64,000 nt of DNA from Mobula hypostoma (GCF_963921235.1 NC_086097.1:174160001-174224000); one strand, 5' to 3'. Numbered from the stretch's first letter, positions 47,801-62,800 are shown. The notes: a model not told the origin generated them from the sequence alone. Numbers and translations are program-made.

Positions 47801-50800
47801 GGATTGCTCTGCTACCAAAGAGGGTAAATTGCCTTCTGATTGCTGGTGGGATTGCTCTGCTAACAGAGAGGGTAAATTGCCTTCTGATTGCTGGTGGGAT
47901 TGCTGTGCTACCAGAGAGGGTAAATTGCCTTCTGATTGCTGGTGGGATTGCTCTGCGACCAGAGAGGGTAAATTGCCTTCTGATTGCTGGTGGGATTGCT
48001 CTGCTACTGGAGAGGAGGGACTGCTTTCTGATTGCTGGTGGGATTGCTCTGCTACCAGAGAGGGTAAATTGCCTTCTGATTGCTGGTGGGATTGCTCTGC
48101 TACCAGAGAGGGTAAACTGCCTTCTGATTGCTGGTGGGATTGCTCTGCTACCAGAGAGGGTAAATTGCCTTCTGATTGCTGGTGGGATTGCTCTGCTACC
48201 AGAGAGGGTAAATTGCCTTCTGATTGCTGGTGGGATTGCTCTGCTACCAGAGAGGGTAAATTGCCTTCTGATTGCTGGTGGGATTGCTCTGCTACCAGAG
48301 AGGGTAAACTGCCTTCTGATTGCTGGTGGGATTGCTCTGCTACGAGAGAGGGTAAATTGCCTTCTGATTGCTGGTGGGATTGCTCTGCTAACAGAGAGGG
48401 TAAATTGCCTTCTGAATTGCTGGTGGGATTGCTCTGCTACCAGAGAGGGTAAACTGCCTTCTGATTGCTGGTGGGATTGCTCTGCTACCACAGAGGGTAA
48501 ATTGCTTTCTGATTGCTGGTGGGATTGCTCTGCTACGAGAGAGGGTAAATTGCCTTCTGACCACTGGTGGGATTGCTCTGCTACCAGAGAGGGTAAATTG
48601 CCTTCTAATTGCTGGTGGGATTGCTCTGCTACCAGAGAGGGTAAATTGCCTTCTGATTGCTGGTGGGATTGCTCTGCTAACAGAGAGGGTAAATTGCCTT
48701 CTGATTGCTGGTGGGATTGCTCTGCGACCAGAGAGGGTAAACTGCCTTCTGACCACTGGTGGGATTGCTCTGCTACCAGAGAGGGTAAATTGCCTTCTAA
48801 TTGCTGGTGGGATTGCTCTGCTACCAGAGAGGGTAAACTGCCTTCTGATTGCTGGTGGGATTGCTCTGCTACCAAAGAGGGTAAATTGCCTTCTGATTGC
48901 TGGTGGGATTGCTCTGCTACCAGAGAGGGTAAACTGCCTTCTGACCACTGGTGGGATTGCTCTGCTACCAAAGAGGGTAAATTGCCTTCTGATTGCTGGT
49001 GGGATTGCTCTGCTAACAGAGAGGGTAAATTGCCTTCTGATTGCTGGTGGGATTGCTCTGCTACCAGAGAGGGTAAATTGCCTTCTGATTGCTGGTGGGA
49101 TTGCTCTGCTACAAGAGAGGGTAAATTGCCTTCTGATTGCTGTTGGGATTGCTCTGCTGCTGGAGAGAGGGGACTGCTTTCTGATTGCTGGTGGGATTGC
49201 TCTGCTACCAGAGAGGGTAAATTGCCTTCTGATTGCTGGTGGGATTGCTCTGCTACCAGAGAGGGTAAACTGCCTTCTGATTGCTGGTGGGATTGCTCTG
49301 CTACCAGAGAGGGTAAATTGCCTTCTGATTGCTGGTGGGATTGCTCTGCTACCAGAGAGGGTAAATTGCCTTCTGATTGCTGGTGGGATTGCTCTGCTAC
49401 CAGAGAGGGTAAATTGCCTTCTGATTGCTGGTGGGATTGCTCTGCTACCAGAGAGGGTAAATTGCCTTCTGATTGCTGGTGGGATTGCTCTGCTACGAGA
49501 GAGGGTAAATTGCCTTCTGACCACTGGTGGGATTGCTCTGCTAACAGAGAGGGTAAATTGCCTTTGATTGCTGGTGGGATTGCTCTGCTACCAGAGAGGG
49601 TAAACTGCCTTCTGATTGCTGGTGGGATTGCTCTGCTACCAGAGAGGGTAAATTGCTTTCTGATTGCTGGTGGGATTGCTCTGCTACGAGAGAGGGTAAA
49701 TTGCCTTCTGATTGCTGGTGGGATTGCTCTGCTACCAGAGAGGGTAAATTGCCTTCTGATTGCTGGTGGGATTGCTCTGCTACCAGAGAGGGTAAATTGC
49801 CTTCTGATTGCTGGTGGGATTGCTCTGCTACCAGAGAGGGTAAATTGCCTTCTGATTGCTGGTGGGATTGCTCTGCTACCAGAGAGGGTAAATTGCCTTC
49901 TGATTGCTGGTGGGATTGCTCTGCTACCAGAGAGGGTAAATTGCCTTCTGATTGCTGGTGGGATTGCTCTGCTACCAGAGAGGGTAAATTGCCTTCTGAT
50001 TGCTGGTGGGATTGCTCTGCTACCAGAGAGGGTAAATTGCCTTCTGATTGCTGGTGGGATTGCTCTGCTACCAGAGAGGGTAAATTGCCTTCTGATTGCT
50101 GGTGGGATTGCTCTGCTACCAGAGAGGGTAAATTGCCTTCTGATTGCTGGTGGGATTGCTCTGCTACCAAGAGGGTAAATTGCCTTCTGATTGCTGGTGG
50201 GATTGCTCTGCTACTGGAGAGAGGGAAATGCTTTCTGATTGCTGGTGGGATTGCTCTGCTACCAGAGAGGGTAAATTGCTTTCTGATTGCTGGTGGGATT
50301 GCTCTGCTACCAGAGAGGGTAAATGCCTTCTGATTGCTGGTGGGATTGCTCTGCTACCAGAGAGGGTAAATTGCCTTCTGATTGCTGGTGGGATTGCTCT
50401 GCTACCAGAGAGGGTAAATTGCCTTCTGATTGCTGGTGGGATTGCTCTGCTACCAGAGAGGGTAAATTGCCTTCTGATTGCTGGTGGGATTGCTCTGCTA
50501 CCAGAGAGGGTAAATTGCCTTCTGATTGCTGGTGGGATTGCTCTGCTACCAGAGAGGGTAAATTGCCTTCTGATTGCTGGTGGGATTGCTCTGCTACCAG
50601 AGAGGGTAAATTGCCTTCTGATTGCTGGTGGGATTGCTCTGCTACCAGAGAGGGTAAATTGCCTTCTGATTGCTGGTGGGATTGCTCTGCTACTGGAGAG
50701 GGGGACTGCTTTCTGATTGCTGGTGGGATTGCTCTGCTACCAGAGAGGGTAAATTGCCTTCTGATTGCTGGTGGGATTGCTCTGCTACCAGAGAGGGTAA

Positions 50801-53800
50801 ACTGCCTTCTGATTGCTGGTGGGATTGCTCTGCTACCAGAGAGGGTAAATTGCCTTCTGATTGCTGGTGGGATTGCTCTGCTACCAGAGAGGGTAAATTG
50901 CCTTCTGATTGCTGGTGGGATTGCTCTGCTACCAGAGAGGGTAAATTGCCTTCTGATTGCTGGTGGGATTGCTCTGCTACCAGAGAGGGTAAATTGCCTT
51001 CTGATTGCTGGTGGGATTGCTCTGCTACCAGAGAGGGTAAACTGCCTTCTGATTGCTGGTGGGATTGCTCTGCTGCTGGAGAGGGGGGACTGCTTTCTGA
51101 TTGCTGGTGGGATTGCTCTGCTACCAGAGAGGGTAAATTGCCTTCTGATTGCTGGTGGGATTGCTCTGCTACCAGAGAGGGTAAATTGCCTTCTGATTGC
51201 TGGTGGGATTGCTCTGCTTCTGGAGAGGGTAAATTGCCTTCTGATTGCTGGTGGGATTGCTCTGCTACCAGAGAGGGGGACTGCCTTCTGATTGCTGGTG
51301 GGATTGCTCTGCTGCTGGAGAGGGGGGACTGCTTTCGATTGCTGGTGGGATTGCTCTGCTACCAGAGAGGGTAAATTGCCTTCTGATTGCTGGTGGGATT
51401 GCTCTGCTACCAGAGAGGGTAAACTGCCTTCTGATTGCTGGTGGGATTGCTCTGCTACCAGAGAGGGTAAATTGCCTTCTGATTGCTGGTGGGATTGCTC
51501 TGCTACCAAGAGGGTAAATTGCCTTCTGATTGCTGGTGGGATTGCTCTGCTACGAGAGGGTAAATTGCTTCTGATTGCTGGTGGGATTGCTCTGCTACCA
51601 GAGAGGGTAAATTGCCTTCTGATTGCTGGTGGGATTGCTCTGCTACCAGAGAGGGTAAATTGCCTTCTGATTGCTGGTGGGATTGCTCTGCTACCAGAGA
51701 GGGTAAATTGCCTTCTGATTGCTGGTGGGATTGCTCTGCTACCAGAGAGGGTAAATTGCCTTCTGATTGCTGGTGGGATTGCTCTGCTACCAGAGAGGGT
51801 AAACTGCCTTCTGACTGGTGGGATTGCTCTGCTACCAGAGAGGGTAAATTGCCTTCTGATTGCTGGTGGGATTGCTCTGCTACCAGAGAGGGTAAATTGC
51901 CTTCTGATTGCTGGTGGGATTGCTCTGCTACCAGAGAGGGTAAACTGCCTTCTGATTGCTGGTGGGATTGCTCTGCTACCAAAGAGGGTAAATTGCCTTC
52001 TGATTGCTGGTGGGATTGCTCTGCTACCAGAGAGGGTAAATTGCCTTCTGATTGCTGGTGGGATTGCTCTGCTACCAGAGAGGGTAAATTGCCTTCTGAT
52101 TGCTGGTGGGATTGCTCTGCTACCAGAGAGGGTAAATTGCCTTCTGATTGCTGGTGGGATTGCTCTGCTACTGGAGAGGAGGGACTGCTTTCTGATTGCT
52201 GGTGGGATTGCTCTGCTACCAGAGAGGGTAAATTGCCTTCTGATTGCTGGTGGGATTGCTCTGCTACCAGAGAGGGTAAACTGCCTTCTGATTGCTGGTG
52301 GGATTGCTCTGCTACCAGAGAGGGTAAATTGCCTTCTGATTGCTGGTGGGATTGCTCTGCTACCAGAGAGGGTAAATTGCCTTCTGATTGCTGGTGGGAT
52401 TGCTCTGCTACCAGAGAGGGTAAATTGCCTTCTGATTGCTGGTGGGATTGCTGTGCTACCAGAGAGGGTAAATTGCCTTCTGATTGCTGGTGGGATTGCT
52501 CTGCTACCAGAGAGGGTAAATTGCCTTCTGATTGCTGGTGGGATTGCTCTGCTGCTGGAGAGAGGGGACTGCTTTCTGATTGCTGGTGGGATTGCTCTGC
52601 TACCAGAGAGGGTAAATTGCCTTCTGATTGCTGGTGGGATTGCTCTGCTACCAAAGAGGGTAAATTGCCTTCTGATTGCTGGTGGGATTGCTCTGCTGCT
52701 GGAGAGAGGGTAAATGCCTTCTGATTGCTGGTGGGATTGCTCTGCTGCTGGAGAGGGTAAACTGCCTTCTGATTGCTGGTGGGATTGCTCTGCTACCAGA
52801 GAGGGTAAATTGCCTTCTGATTGCTGGTGGGATTGCTCTGCTACCAGAGAGGGTAAACTGCCTTCTAATTGCTGGTGGGATTGCTCTGCTACCAGAGAGG
52901 GTAAATTGCCTTCTGATTGCTGGTGGGATTGCTCTGCTGCTGGAGAGGGTAAATTGCGTTCTGATTGCTGGTGGGATTGCTCTGCTACTGGAGAGGGGGG
53001 ACTGCTTTCTGATTGCTGGTGGGATTGCTCTGCTACCAGAGAGGGTAAATTGCCTTCTGATTGCTGGTGGGATTGCTCTGCTACCAAAGAAGGTAAATTG
53101 CCTTCTGATTGCTGGTGGGATTGCTGTGCTGCTGGAGAGGAGGGACTGCTTTCTGATTGCTGGTGGGATTGCTGTGCCACTGGAGAGGGTAAATTGCCTT
53201 CTGATTGCTGGTGGGATTGCTCTGCTACCAGAGAGGGTAAACTGCCTTCTGATTGCTGGTGGGATTGCTCTGCTACCAGAGAGGGTAAATTGCCTTCTGA
53301 TTGCTGGTGGGATTGCTCTGCGACCAGAGAGGGTAAATTGCCTTCTGATTGCTGGTGGGATTGCTCTGCTACCAGAGAGGGTAAATTGCCTTCTGATTGC
53401 TGGTGGGATTGCTCTGCTACCAGAGAGGGTAAATTGCTTTCTGATTGCTGGTGGGATTGCACTGCTACCAGAGAGGGTAAACTGCCTTCTGATTGCTGGT
53501 GGGATTCCTCTGCTACCAGAGAGGGTAAATTGCCTTCTGATTGCTGGTGGGATTGCTCTGCTACCAGAGAGGGTAAATTGCCTTCTGATTGCTGGTGGGA
53601 TTGCTCTGCTACCAGAGAGGGTAAATTGCCTTCTGATTGCTGGTGGGATTGCTCTGCTACCAGAGAGGGTAAATTGCCTTCTGATTGCTGGTGGGATTGC
53701 TCTGCTGCTACCAGAGAGGGTAAATTGCTTTCTGATTGCTGGTGGGATTGCTCTGCTACCAGAGAGGGTAAATTGCCTTCTGATTGCTGGTGGGATTGCT

Positions 53801-56800
53801 CTGCTACCAGAGAGGGTAAATTGCCTTCTGATTGCTGGTGGGATTGCTCTGCTACCAGAGAGGGTAAATTGCCTTCTGATTGCTGGTGGGATTGCTCTGC
53901 TACCAGAGAGGGTAAATTGCCTTCTATTGCTGGTGGGATTGCTCTGCTACCAGAGAGGGTAAACTGCCTTCTGATTGCTGGTGGGATTGCTCTGCTACAG
54001 AGAGGGTAAATTGCCTTCTGAATTGCTGGTGGGATTGCTCTGCTACCAGAGAGGGTAAACTGCCTTCTGATTGCTGGTGGGATTGCTCTGCTACCAGAGA
54101 GGGTAAATTGCCTTCTGATTGCTGGTGGGATTGCTCTGCTACCAACGAGGGTAAATTGCCTTCTGATTGCTGGTGGGATTGCTCTGCTGCTGGAGAAGGG
54201 GGACTTCTTTCTGATTGCCGGTGGGATTGCTGTGATACCAGAGAGAGTAAATTATCTTCTCATTGCTGGTGGGATTGCTCTGCTACCAGAAAGGGTAAAC
54301 TGCCTTCTGATTGCTGGTGGGATTGCTCTGCTACCAGAGAGGGTAAATTGCCTTCTGATTGCTGGTGGGATTGCTCTGCTGCTGGAGAGGGGTGACTGCC
54401 TTCTGATTGCTGGTGGGATTGCTCTGCTACCAGAGAGGGTAAATTGCCTTCTGATTGCTGGTGGGATTGCTCTGCTACCAGAGAGGGTAAACTGCCTTCT
54501 GATTGCTGGTGGGATTGCTCTGCTACCAGAGAGGGTAAATTGCCTTCTGATTGCTGGTGGGATTGCTCTGCTACTGGAGAGAGGGTAAATTGCCTTCTGA
54601 TTGCTGGTGGGATTGCTCTGCTACCAGAGAGGGTAAATTGCCTTCTGATTGCTGGTGGGATTGCTCTGCTACCAGAGAGGGTAAACTGCCTTCTGATTGC
54701 TGGTGGGATTGCTCTGCTACCAGAGAGGGTAAATTGCCTTCTGATTGCTGGTGGGATTGCTGTGCTACCAGAGAGGGTAAATTGCCTTCTGATTGCTGGT
54801 GGGATTGCTCTGCTACCAGAGAGGGTAAATTGCCTTCTGATTGCTGGTGGGATTGCTCTGCTACCAGAGAGGGTAAACTGCTTTCTGATTGCTGGTGGGA
54901 TTGCTCTGCTACCAGAGAGGGTAAATTGCCTTCTGATTGCTGGTGGGATTGCTCTGCTACCAGAGAGGGTAAATTGCCTTCTGATTGCTGGTGGGATTGC
55001 TCTGCTACCAGAGAGGGTAAATTGCCTTCTGATTGCTGGTGGGATTGCTGTGCTACTGGAGAGGGTAAATTGCCTTCTGATTGCTGGTGGGATTGCTCTG
55101 CTACCAGAGAGGGTAAATTGCCTTCTGATTGCTGGTGGGATTGCTCTGCTACCAGAGAGGGTAAATTGCCTTCTGATTGCTGGTGGGATTGCTCTGCTGC
55201 TGGAGAGGGTAAATTGCCTTCTGATTGCTGGTGGGATTGCTCTGCTACCAGAGAGGGTAAATTGCCTTCTGATTGCTGGTGGGATTGCTCTGCTACCAGA
55301 GAGGGTAAATTGCCTTCTGATTGCTGGTGGGATTGCTCTGCTACCAGAGAGGGTAAATTGTCTTCTGATTGCTGGTGGGATTGTTGTGCTGCTGGAGAGG
55401 AGGGACTGCTTTCTGATTGCTGGTGGGATTGCTCTGCTGCTGGAGAGGGGGGACTGCTTTCTGATTGCTGGTGGGATTGCTCTGCTACCAGAGAGGGTAA
55501 ATTGCCTTCTGATTGCTGGTGGGATTGCTCTGCTACCAGAGAGGGTAAATTGCCTTCTGATTGCTGGTGGGATTGCTCTGCTACCAGAGAGGGTAAATTG
55601 CCTTCTGATTGCTGGTGGGATTGCTCTGCTACCAGAGAGGGTAAACTGCCTTCTGATTGCTGGTGGGATTGCTCTGCTACCAGAGAGGGTAAATTGCCTT
55701 CTGATTGCTGGTGGGATTGCTCTGCTACTGGAGAGGGTAATTTGCCTTCTGATTGCTGTTGGGATTGCTCTGCTGCTGGAGAGAGGGGAGTGCTTTCTGA
55801 TTGCTGGTGGGATTGCTTTGCTACCAGAGAGGGTAAATTGCCTTCTGATTGCTGGTGGGATTGCTCTGCTACCAGAGAGGGTAAATTGCCTTCTGATTGC
55901 TGGTGGGATTGCTCTGCTGCCAGAGAGGGTAAAGGCCTTCTGATTGCTGGTGGGATTGCTGTGCTACCAAGAGGGTAAATTGCCTTCTGATTGCTGGTGG
56001 GATTGCTGTGCTACCAGAGAGGGTAAACTGCCTTCTGATTGCTGGTGGGATTGCTCTGCTACCAGAGAGGGTAAATTGCCTTCTGATTGCTGGTGGGATT
56101 GCTCTGCTACCAGAGAGGGTAAATGCCTTCTGATTGCTGGTGGGATTGCTCTGCTACCAGAGAGGGTAAATGCCTTCTGATTGCTGGTGGGATTGCTCTG
56201 CTACTGGAGAGGGTAAATTGCCTTCTGATTGCTGGTGGGATTGCTCTGCTACCAGAGAGGGTAAACTGCCTTCTGATTGCTGGTGGGATTGCTCTGCTAC
56301 CAGAGAGGGTAAATTGCCTTCTGATTGCTGGTGGGATTGCTCTGCTACCAGAGAGGGTAAATTGCCTTCTGATTGCTGGTGGGATTGCTCTGCTACCAGA
56401 GAGGGTAAATTGCCTTCTGATTGCTGGTGGGATTGCTGTGCTGCTGGAGAGGGTAAATGCTTTCTGATTGCTGGTGGGATTGCTCTGCTACCAGAGAGGG
56501 TAAATTGCCTTCTGATTGCTGGTGGGATTGCTCTGCTACCAGAGAGGGTAAATTGCCTTCTGATTGCTGGTGGGATTGCTCTGCTACGAGAGGGTAAATT
56601 GCCTTCTGATTGCTGGTGGGATTGCTCTGCTACCAGAGAGGGTAAATTGCCTTCTGACTGGTGGGATTGCTCTGCTACCAGAGAGGGTAAATTGCCTTCT
56701 GATTGCTGGTGGGATTGCTCTGCTACCAGAGAGGGTAAACTGCCTTCTGATTGCTGGTGGGATTGCTCTGCTACCAGAGAGGGTAAATTGCCTTCTGATT

Positions 56801-59800
56801 GCTGGTGGGATTGCTCTGCTACCAGAGAGGGTAAATTGCCTTCTGATTGCTGGTGGGATTGCTCTGCTACCAGAGAGGGTAAATTGCCTTCTGATTGCTG
56901 GTGGGATTGCTCTGCTGCTGGAGAGGGTAAATTGCCTTCTGATTGCTGGTGGGATTGCTCTGCTACCAGAGAGGGTAAATTGCCTTCTATTGCTGGTGGG
57001 ATTGCTCTGCTACCAGAGAGGGTAAATTGCCTTCTGATTGCTGGTGGGATTGCTCTGCTGACCAGAGAGGGTAAATTGCCTTCTGATTGCTGGTGGGATT
57101 GCTCTGCTACCAGAGAGGGTAAATTGCCTTCTGATTGCTGGTGGGATTGCTCTGCTACCAGAGAGGGTAAATTGCCTTCTGATTGCTGGTGGGATTGCTC
57201 TGCTACCAGAGAGGGTAAATGCCTTCTGATTGCTGGTGGGATTGCTCTGCTGCTGGAGAGGGGTAAACTGCCTTCTGATTGCTGGTGGGATTGCTCTGCT
57301 ACCAGAGAGGGTAAATTGCCTTCTGATTGCTGGTGGGATTGCTGTGCTACCAGAGAGGGTAAATTGCCTTCTGATTGCTGGTGGGATTGCTCTGCTACCA
57401 GAGAGGGTAAATTGCCTTCTGATTGCTGGTGGGATTGCTCTGCTACTAGAAAGGGTAAATTGCTTTCTGATTGCTGGTGGGATTGCTCTGCTACCAGAGA
57501 GGGTAAATTGCCTTCTGATTGATGGTGGGATTGCTCTGCTACCAGAGAGGGTAAATTGCCTTCTGATTGCTGGTGGGATTGCTCTGCTGCTGGAGAGGGT
57601 AAATTGCCTTCTGATTGCTGGTGGGATTGCTGTGCTACCAGAGAGGGTAAATTGCCTTCTGATTGCTGGTGGGATTGCTCTGCTACCAGAGAGGGTAAAT
57701 TGCCTTCTGATTGCTGGTGGGATTGCTCTGCTGCTGGAGAGGGTAAATTGCCTTCTGATTGCTGGTGGGATTGCTCTGCTACCAGAGAGGGTAAATTGCC
57801 TTCTGATTGCTGGTGGGATTGCTCTGCTACCAGAGAGGGTAAACTGCCTTCTGATTGCTGGTGGGATTGCTCTGCAACCAGAGAGGGTAAATTGCCTTCT
57901 GATTGCTGGTGGGATTGCTCTGCTACCAGAGAGGGTAAACTGCCTTCTAATTGCTGGTGGGATTGCTCTGCTACTAGAGAGGGTAAATTGTCTTCTGATT
58001 GCTGGTGGGATTGCTCTGCTACCAGAGAGGGTAAATTGCCTTCTGACCACTGGTGGGATTGCTCTGTGATCACAGAGGGTAAATTGCCTTCTGATTGCTG
58101 GTGGGATTGCTCTGCTACCAGAGAGGGTAAATTGCCTTCTGATTGCTGGTGGGATTGCTCTGCTACTGGAGAGGGTAAATTGCCTTCTGATTGCTGGTGG
58201 GATTGCTCTGCAACCAGAGAGGGTAAATTGCCTTCTGATTGCTGGTGGGATTGCTCTGCTACCAGAGAGGGTAAATTGCCTTCTGATTGCTGGTGGGATT
58301 GCTCTGCTACCAGAGAGGGTAAATTGCCTTCTGATTGCTGGTGGGATTGCTCTGCTACCAGAGAGGGTAAATTGCCTTCTGATTGCTGGTGGGATTGCTC
58401 TGCTATCAACGAAGGTAAATTGCCTTCTAATTGCTGGTGGGATTGCTCTGCTACTAGAGAGGTAAATTGTCTTCTGATTGCTGGTGGGATTGTTGTGCTG
58501 CTGGAGAGGAGGGACTGCTTTCTGATTGCTGGTGGGATTGCTCTGCTGCTGGAGAGGGGGGACTGCTTTCAGATTGCTGGTGGGATTGCTCTGCTACCAG
58601 AGAGGGTAAATTGCCTTCTGATTGCTGGTGGGATTGCTCTGCTATCAACGAAGGTAAATTGCCTTCTGATTGCTGGTGGGATTGCTCTGCAACCAGAGAG
58701 GGTAAATTGCCTTTTGATTGCTGGTGGGATTGCTCTGTTACCAGAGAGGGTAAACTGCCTTCTAATTGCTGGTGGGATTGCTCTGCTACTAGAGAGGGTA
58801 AATTGTCTTCTGATTGCTGGTGGGATTGTTGTGCTGCTGGAGAGGAGGGACTGCTTTCTGATTGCTGGTGGGATTGCTCTGCTGCTGGAGAGGGGGGACT
58901 GCTTTCAGATTGCTGGTGGGATTGCTCTGCTACCAGAGAGGGTAAATTGCCTTCTCATTGCTGGTGGGATTGCTCTGCTACCAGAGAGGGTAAACTGCCG
59001 TCTAACCACTGGTGCGATTCCTCTGATACCAGAGAGGGCAAATTGCCTTCTGATTGCTGGTGGGATTGCTCTGCTGCTGGAGACAGGGGTGTGCTTTCTG
59101 ATTGCTGGCGGGATTGCTTTGCTACTGGAGAGGGGGGACTGCTTTCTGATTACTGGTGGGATTGCTCTGCGACCAGAGAGGGTAAATTACCTTCTGATTG
59201 CTGGTGGGATTGCTCTACTACCAAAGAAGGTAAATTGCCTTCTGATTGCTGGTGGGATTGCTGTGCTGCTGGAGAGGAGGGACTGCTTTTTGATTGCTGG
59301 TGGGATTGCTGTGCCACTGGAGAGGGTAAATTGCCTTCTGATTGCTGGTGGGATTGCTCTGCTACCAGATAGGGTAAACTTCCTTCTGACCACTGGTGCG
59401 ATTGCTCTGCTACCAGAGAGGGCAAATTGCCTTCTGATTGCTGGTGGGATTGCTCTGCTCCCAGAGAGGGTAAATTGCCTTCTGATTGCTGGTAGGATTG
59501 CTCTGCTGCTGGAGAAGGGGGACTGCTTACTTATTGCTGATGGGATTGGTCTGCTACCAGAGCGGGTAAATTGCCTTCTGATTGCTGGTGGGATTGCTCT
59601 GCTGCTGGAGAGGGGGGACTGCTTTCTGGTTGTCGGTGGGATTGCTGTGCTCCTGGAGAGGATAAATTGCCTTTTGATTGCTGGTGGCATTGCTCTGCTA
59701 CCAGGGAGGGTAAACTGCCTTCTGATTGCTGGTGGGATTGCTGTGCTACCAGAGAGGGTAAATTGCCTTCTGATTGCTGGTGGGATTGCTCTGCTACCAA

Positions 59801-62800
59801 AGAAGGTAAATTGCCTTCTGATTGCTGGTGGGATTGCTCTGCTACTGGAGAGGGTAATTTGCCTTCTGATTGCTGGTGGGATTGGTCTGTCACCAGAGAG
59901 CGTAAACTGCCTTCTGATTGCTGGTGAGATTGCTCTGCTGCTGGAGAGAGGGGACTGCTTTCTGATTGCTGGCGGGATTGCTTTGCTACTGGAGAGGGGG
60001 CACTGCTTTTTGATTGCTGGTGGGATTGCTCTGCGACCAGAGAGGGTAAATTGACTTCTGATTGCTGGTGGGAATGCTGTGCTACTGGAGAGGGGGAACT
60101 GCTTTCAGATTGCTGTTGGGATTGCTGTGCTGCTGGAGAGGGGGGGGCTGCTTTCAGATTGCTGGTGGGATTGCTCTGCTGCTGGAGAGAGGGGACTGCT
60201 TTCTGATTGCTGGTGGGATTATTCTGCTACGAGAGAGGGTAAAATGCCTTCTAATTACTGGTAGGATTGCTGTGCCACTGGAGAGGGTAAACTGCCATCT
60301 GATTGCTGGTGGGATTGCTCTGCTACCAGAGAGGGTAATTTGCCTTCTGATTGCTGGTGGGATTGCTCTGCTGCTGGAGAGGGGGGACTGCTTTCTGATT
60401 GCCGGTGGGATTGCTGTGCTAATGGAGAGGGTAAATTCCCTTTTGATTGCTGGTGGGATTGCTCTGCTACCAGAGAGGGTAAATTGCCTTCTGATTGATG
60501 GTGGGATTGCTCTGCTGCTGGAGAAGGGGGACTGCTTACTGATTGCTGGTGGGATTGCTCTGCTACCAGAGAGGGTAAATTGCCTTCTGATTGCTGGTGG
60601 GATTGCTCTGCTGCTGGAGAGGGGCGACTGCTTTCTGATTGCCGGTGGGATTGCTGTGCTACTGGAGAGGGTAAATTGCCTTCTGATTGCTGGTGGGATT
60701 GCTCTGCTACCAGAGAGGGTAAACTGCCTTCTGATTGCTGGTGGGATTGCTGTGCTACCAGAGAGGGTAAATTGCCTTCTGATTGCTGGTGGGATTGCTC
60801 TGCTACCAAAGAAGGTAAATTGCCTTCTGATTGCTGGTGGGATTGCTCTGCTACTGGAGAGGGTAATTTGCCTTCTGATTGCTGGTGGGATTGGTCTGTC
60901 ACCAGAGAGCGTAAACTGCCTTCTGATTGCTGGTGAGATTGCTCTGCTGCTGGAGAGAGGGGACTGCTTTCTGATTGCTGGCGGGATTGCTTTGCTACTG
61001 GAGAGGGGGCACTGCTTTTTGATTGCTGGTGGGATTGCTCTGCGACCAGAGAGGGTAAATTGACTTCTGATTGCTGGTGGGAATGCTGTGCTACTGGAGA
61101 GGGGGAACTGCTTTCAGATTGCTGTTGGGATTGCTGTGCTGCTGGAGAGGGGGGGCTGCTTTCAGATTGCTGGTGGGATTGCTCTGCTGCTGGAGAGAGG
61201 GGACTGCTTTCTGATTGCTGGTGGGATTATTCTGCTACGAGAGAGGGTAAAATGCCTTCTAATTACTGGTAGGATTGCTGTGCCACTGGAGAGGGTAAAC
61301 TGCCATCTGATTGCTGGTGGGATTGCTCTGCTACCAGAGAGGGTAAATTGCCTTCTGATTGCTGGTGGGATTGCTCTGCTGCTGGAGAGGGGCGACTGCT
61401 TTCTGATTGCCGGTGGCATTGCTGTGCTACTGGAGAGGGTAAATTGCCTTTTGATTGCTGGTGGGATTGCTCTGCTACCAGAGAGGGTAAATTGCCTTCT
61501 GATTGATGGTGGGATTGCTCTGCTGCTGGAGAGGGTAATTTGCCTTCTGATTGCTAGTGGGATTGCTCTGCTACCAAAGAAGGTAAATTGCCTTCTGATT
61601 GCTGTTGGGATTGCTGTGTTGCTGGAGAGGTGGGGCTGCTTCAGATTGCTGGTGGGATTGCTGTGCCACTGGACAGGGTAAATTGCCTTCTGATTGCTGG
61701 TGGGATTGGTCTGGTACCAGAGAGGGTAAACTGCCTTCTGATTGCTGGTGGGATTGCTCTGCTACGAGAGAGGGTAAATTGCCTTCTGACCACTGGTGGG
61801 ATTGCTCTGCGATCACAGAGAGTAAATTGCCTTCTGATTGCTGGTGGGATTGCTCTGCTACCAGAGAGGGTAAACTGCCTTCTGACTGCTGGTGGGATTA
61901 CTGTGCTACTGGAGAGGGTAAATTGCCTTCTGATTGCTGGTGGGATTGCTCTGCAACCAGAGAGGGTAAATTGCCTTCTGATTGCTGGTGGGATTGCTCT
62001 GCTACCAGAGAGGGTAAACTGCCTTCTAATTGCTGGTGGGATTGCTCTGCTACTAGAGAGGGTAAATTGTCTTCTGATTGCTGGTGGGATTGCTCTGCTA
62101 CCAGAGAGGGTAAATTGCCTTCTGATTGCTGGTGGGATTGCTCTGCTATCAACGAAGGTAAATTGCCTTCTGATTGCTGGTGGGATTGCTCTGCTACCAG
62201 ACAGGGTAAATTGCCTTCTGATTGCTGGTGGGATTGCTCTGCTTCCAAAGAAGGTAAATTGCCTACTGATTGCTGGTGGGATTGCTGTGCTGCTGGAGAG
62301 GAGGGACTGCTTTCTGATTGCTGGTGGGATTGCTCTGCTACCAGAGAGGGTAAATTGCCTTCTGATTGCTGGTGGGATTGCTCTGCGACCAGAGAGGATA
62401 AATTGCCTTCTGATTGCTGTTGGGATTGCTCTGCTGCTGGAGAAGGGGGACTGCTTTCTGATTGCTAGTGGGATTGCTCTGCTACCAGAGAGGGTAAATT
62501 GCCTTCTGATTGCTGGTGGGATTGCTCTGCTACCAGAGAGGGTAAACTGCCTTCTGATTGCTGGTGGGATTGCTCTGCTTCCAAAGAAGGTAAATTGCCT
62601 TCTGATTGCTGGTGGGATTGCTCTGCTGCTGGAGAGGGGGGACTGCTTTCTGATTGCTGGTGGGATTGCTCTGCTACCAGAGAGGGTAAATTGCCTTCTT
62701 ATTGCTGGTGGGATTGCTCTCCTACCAAAGAAGGTAAATTGCCTTCTGATTGCTGGTGGGATTGCTCCGCTGCTGGAGAGAGGGGACTGCTTTCTGATTG

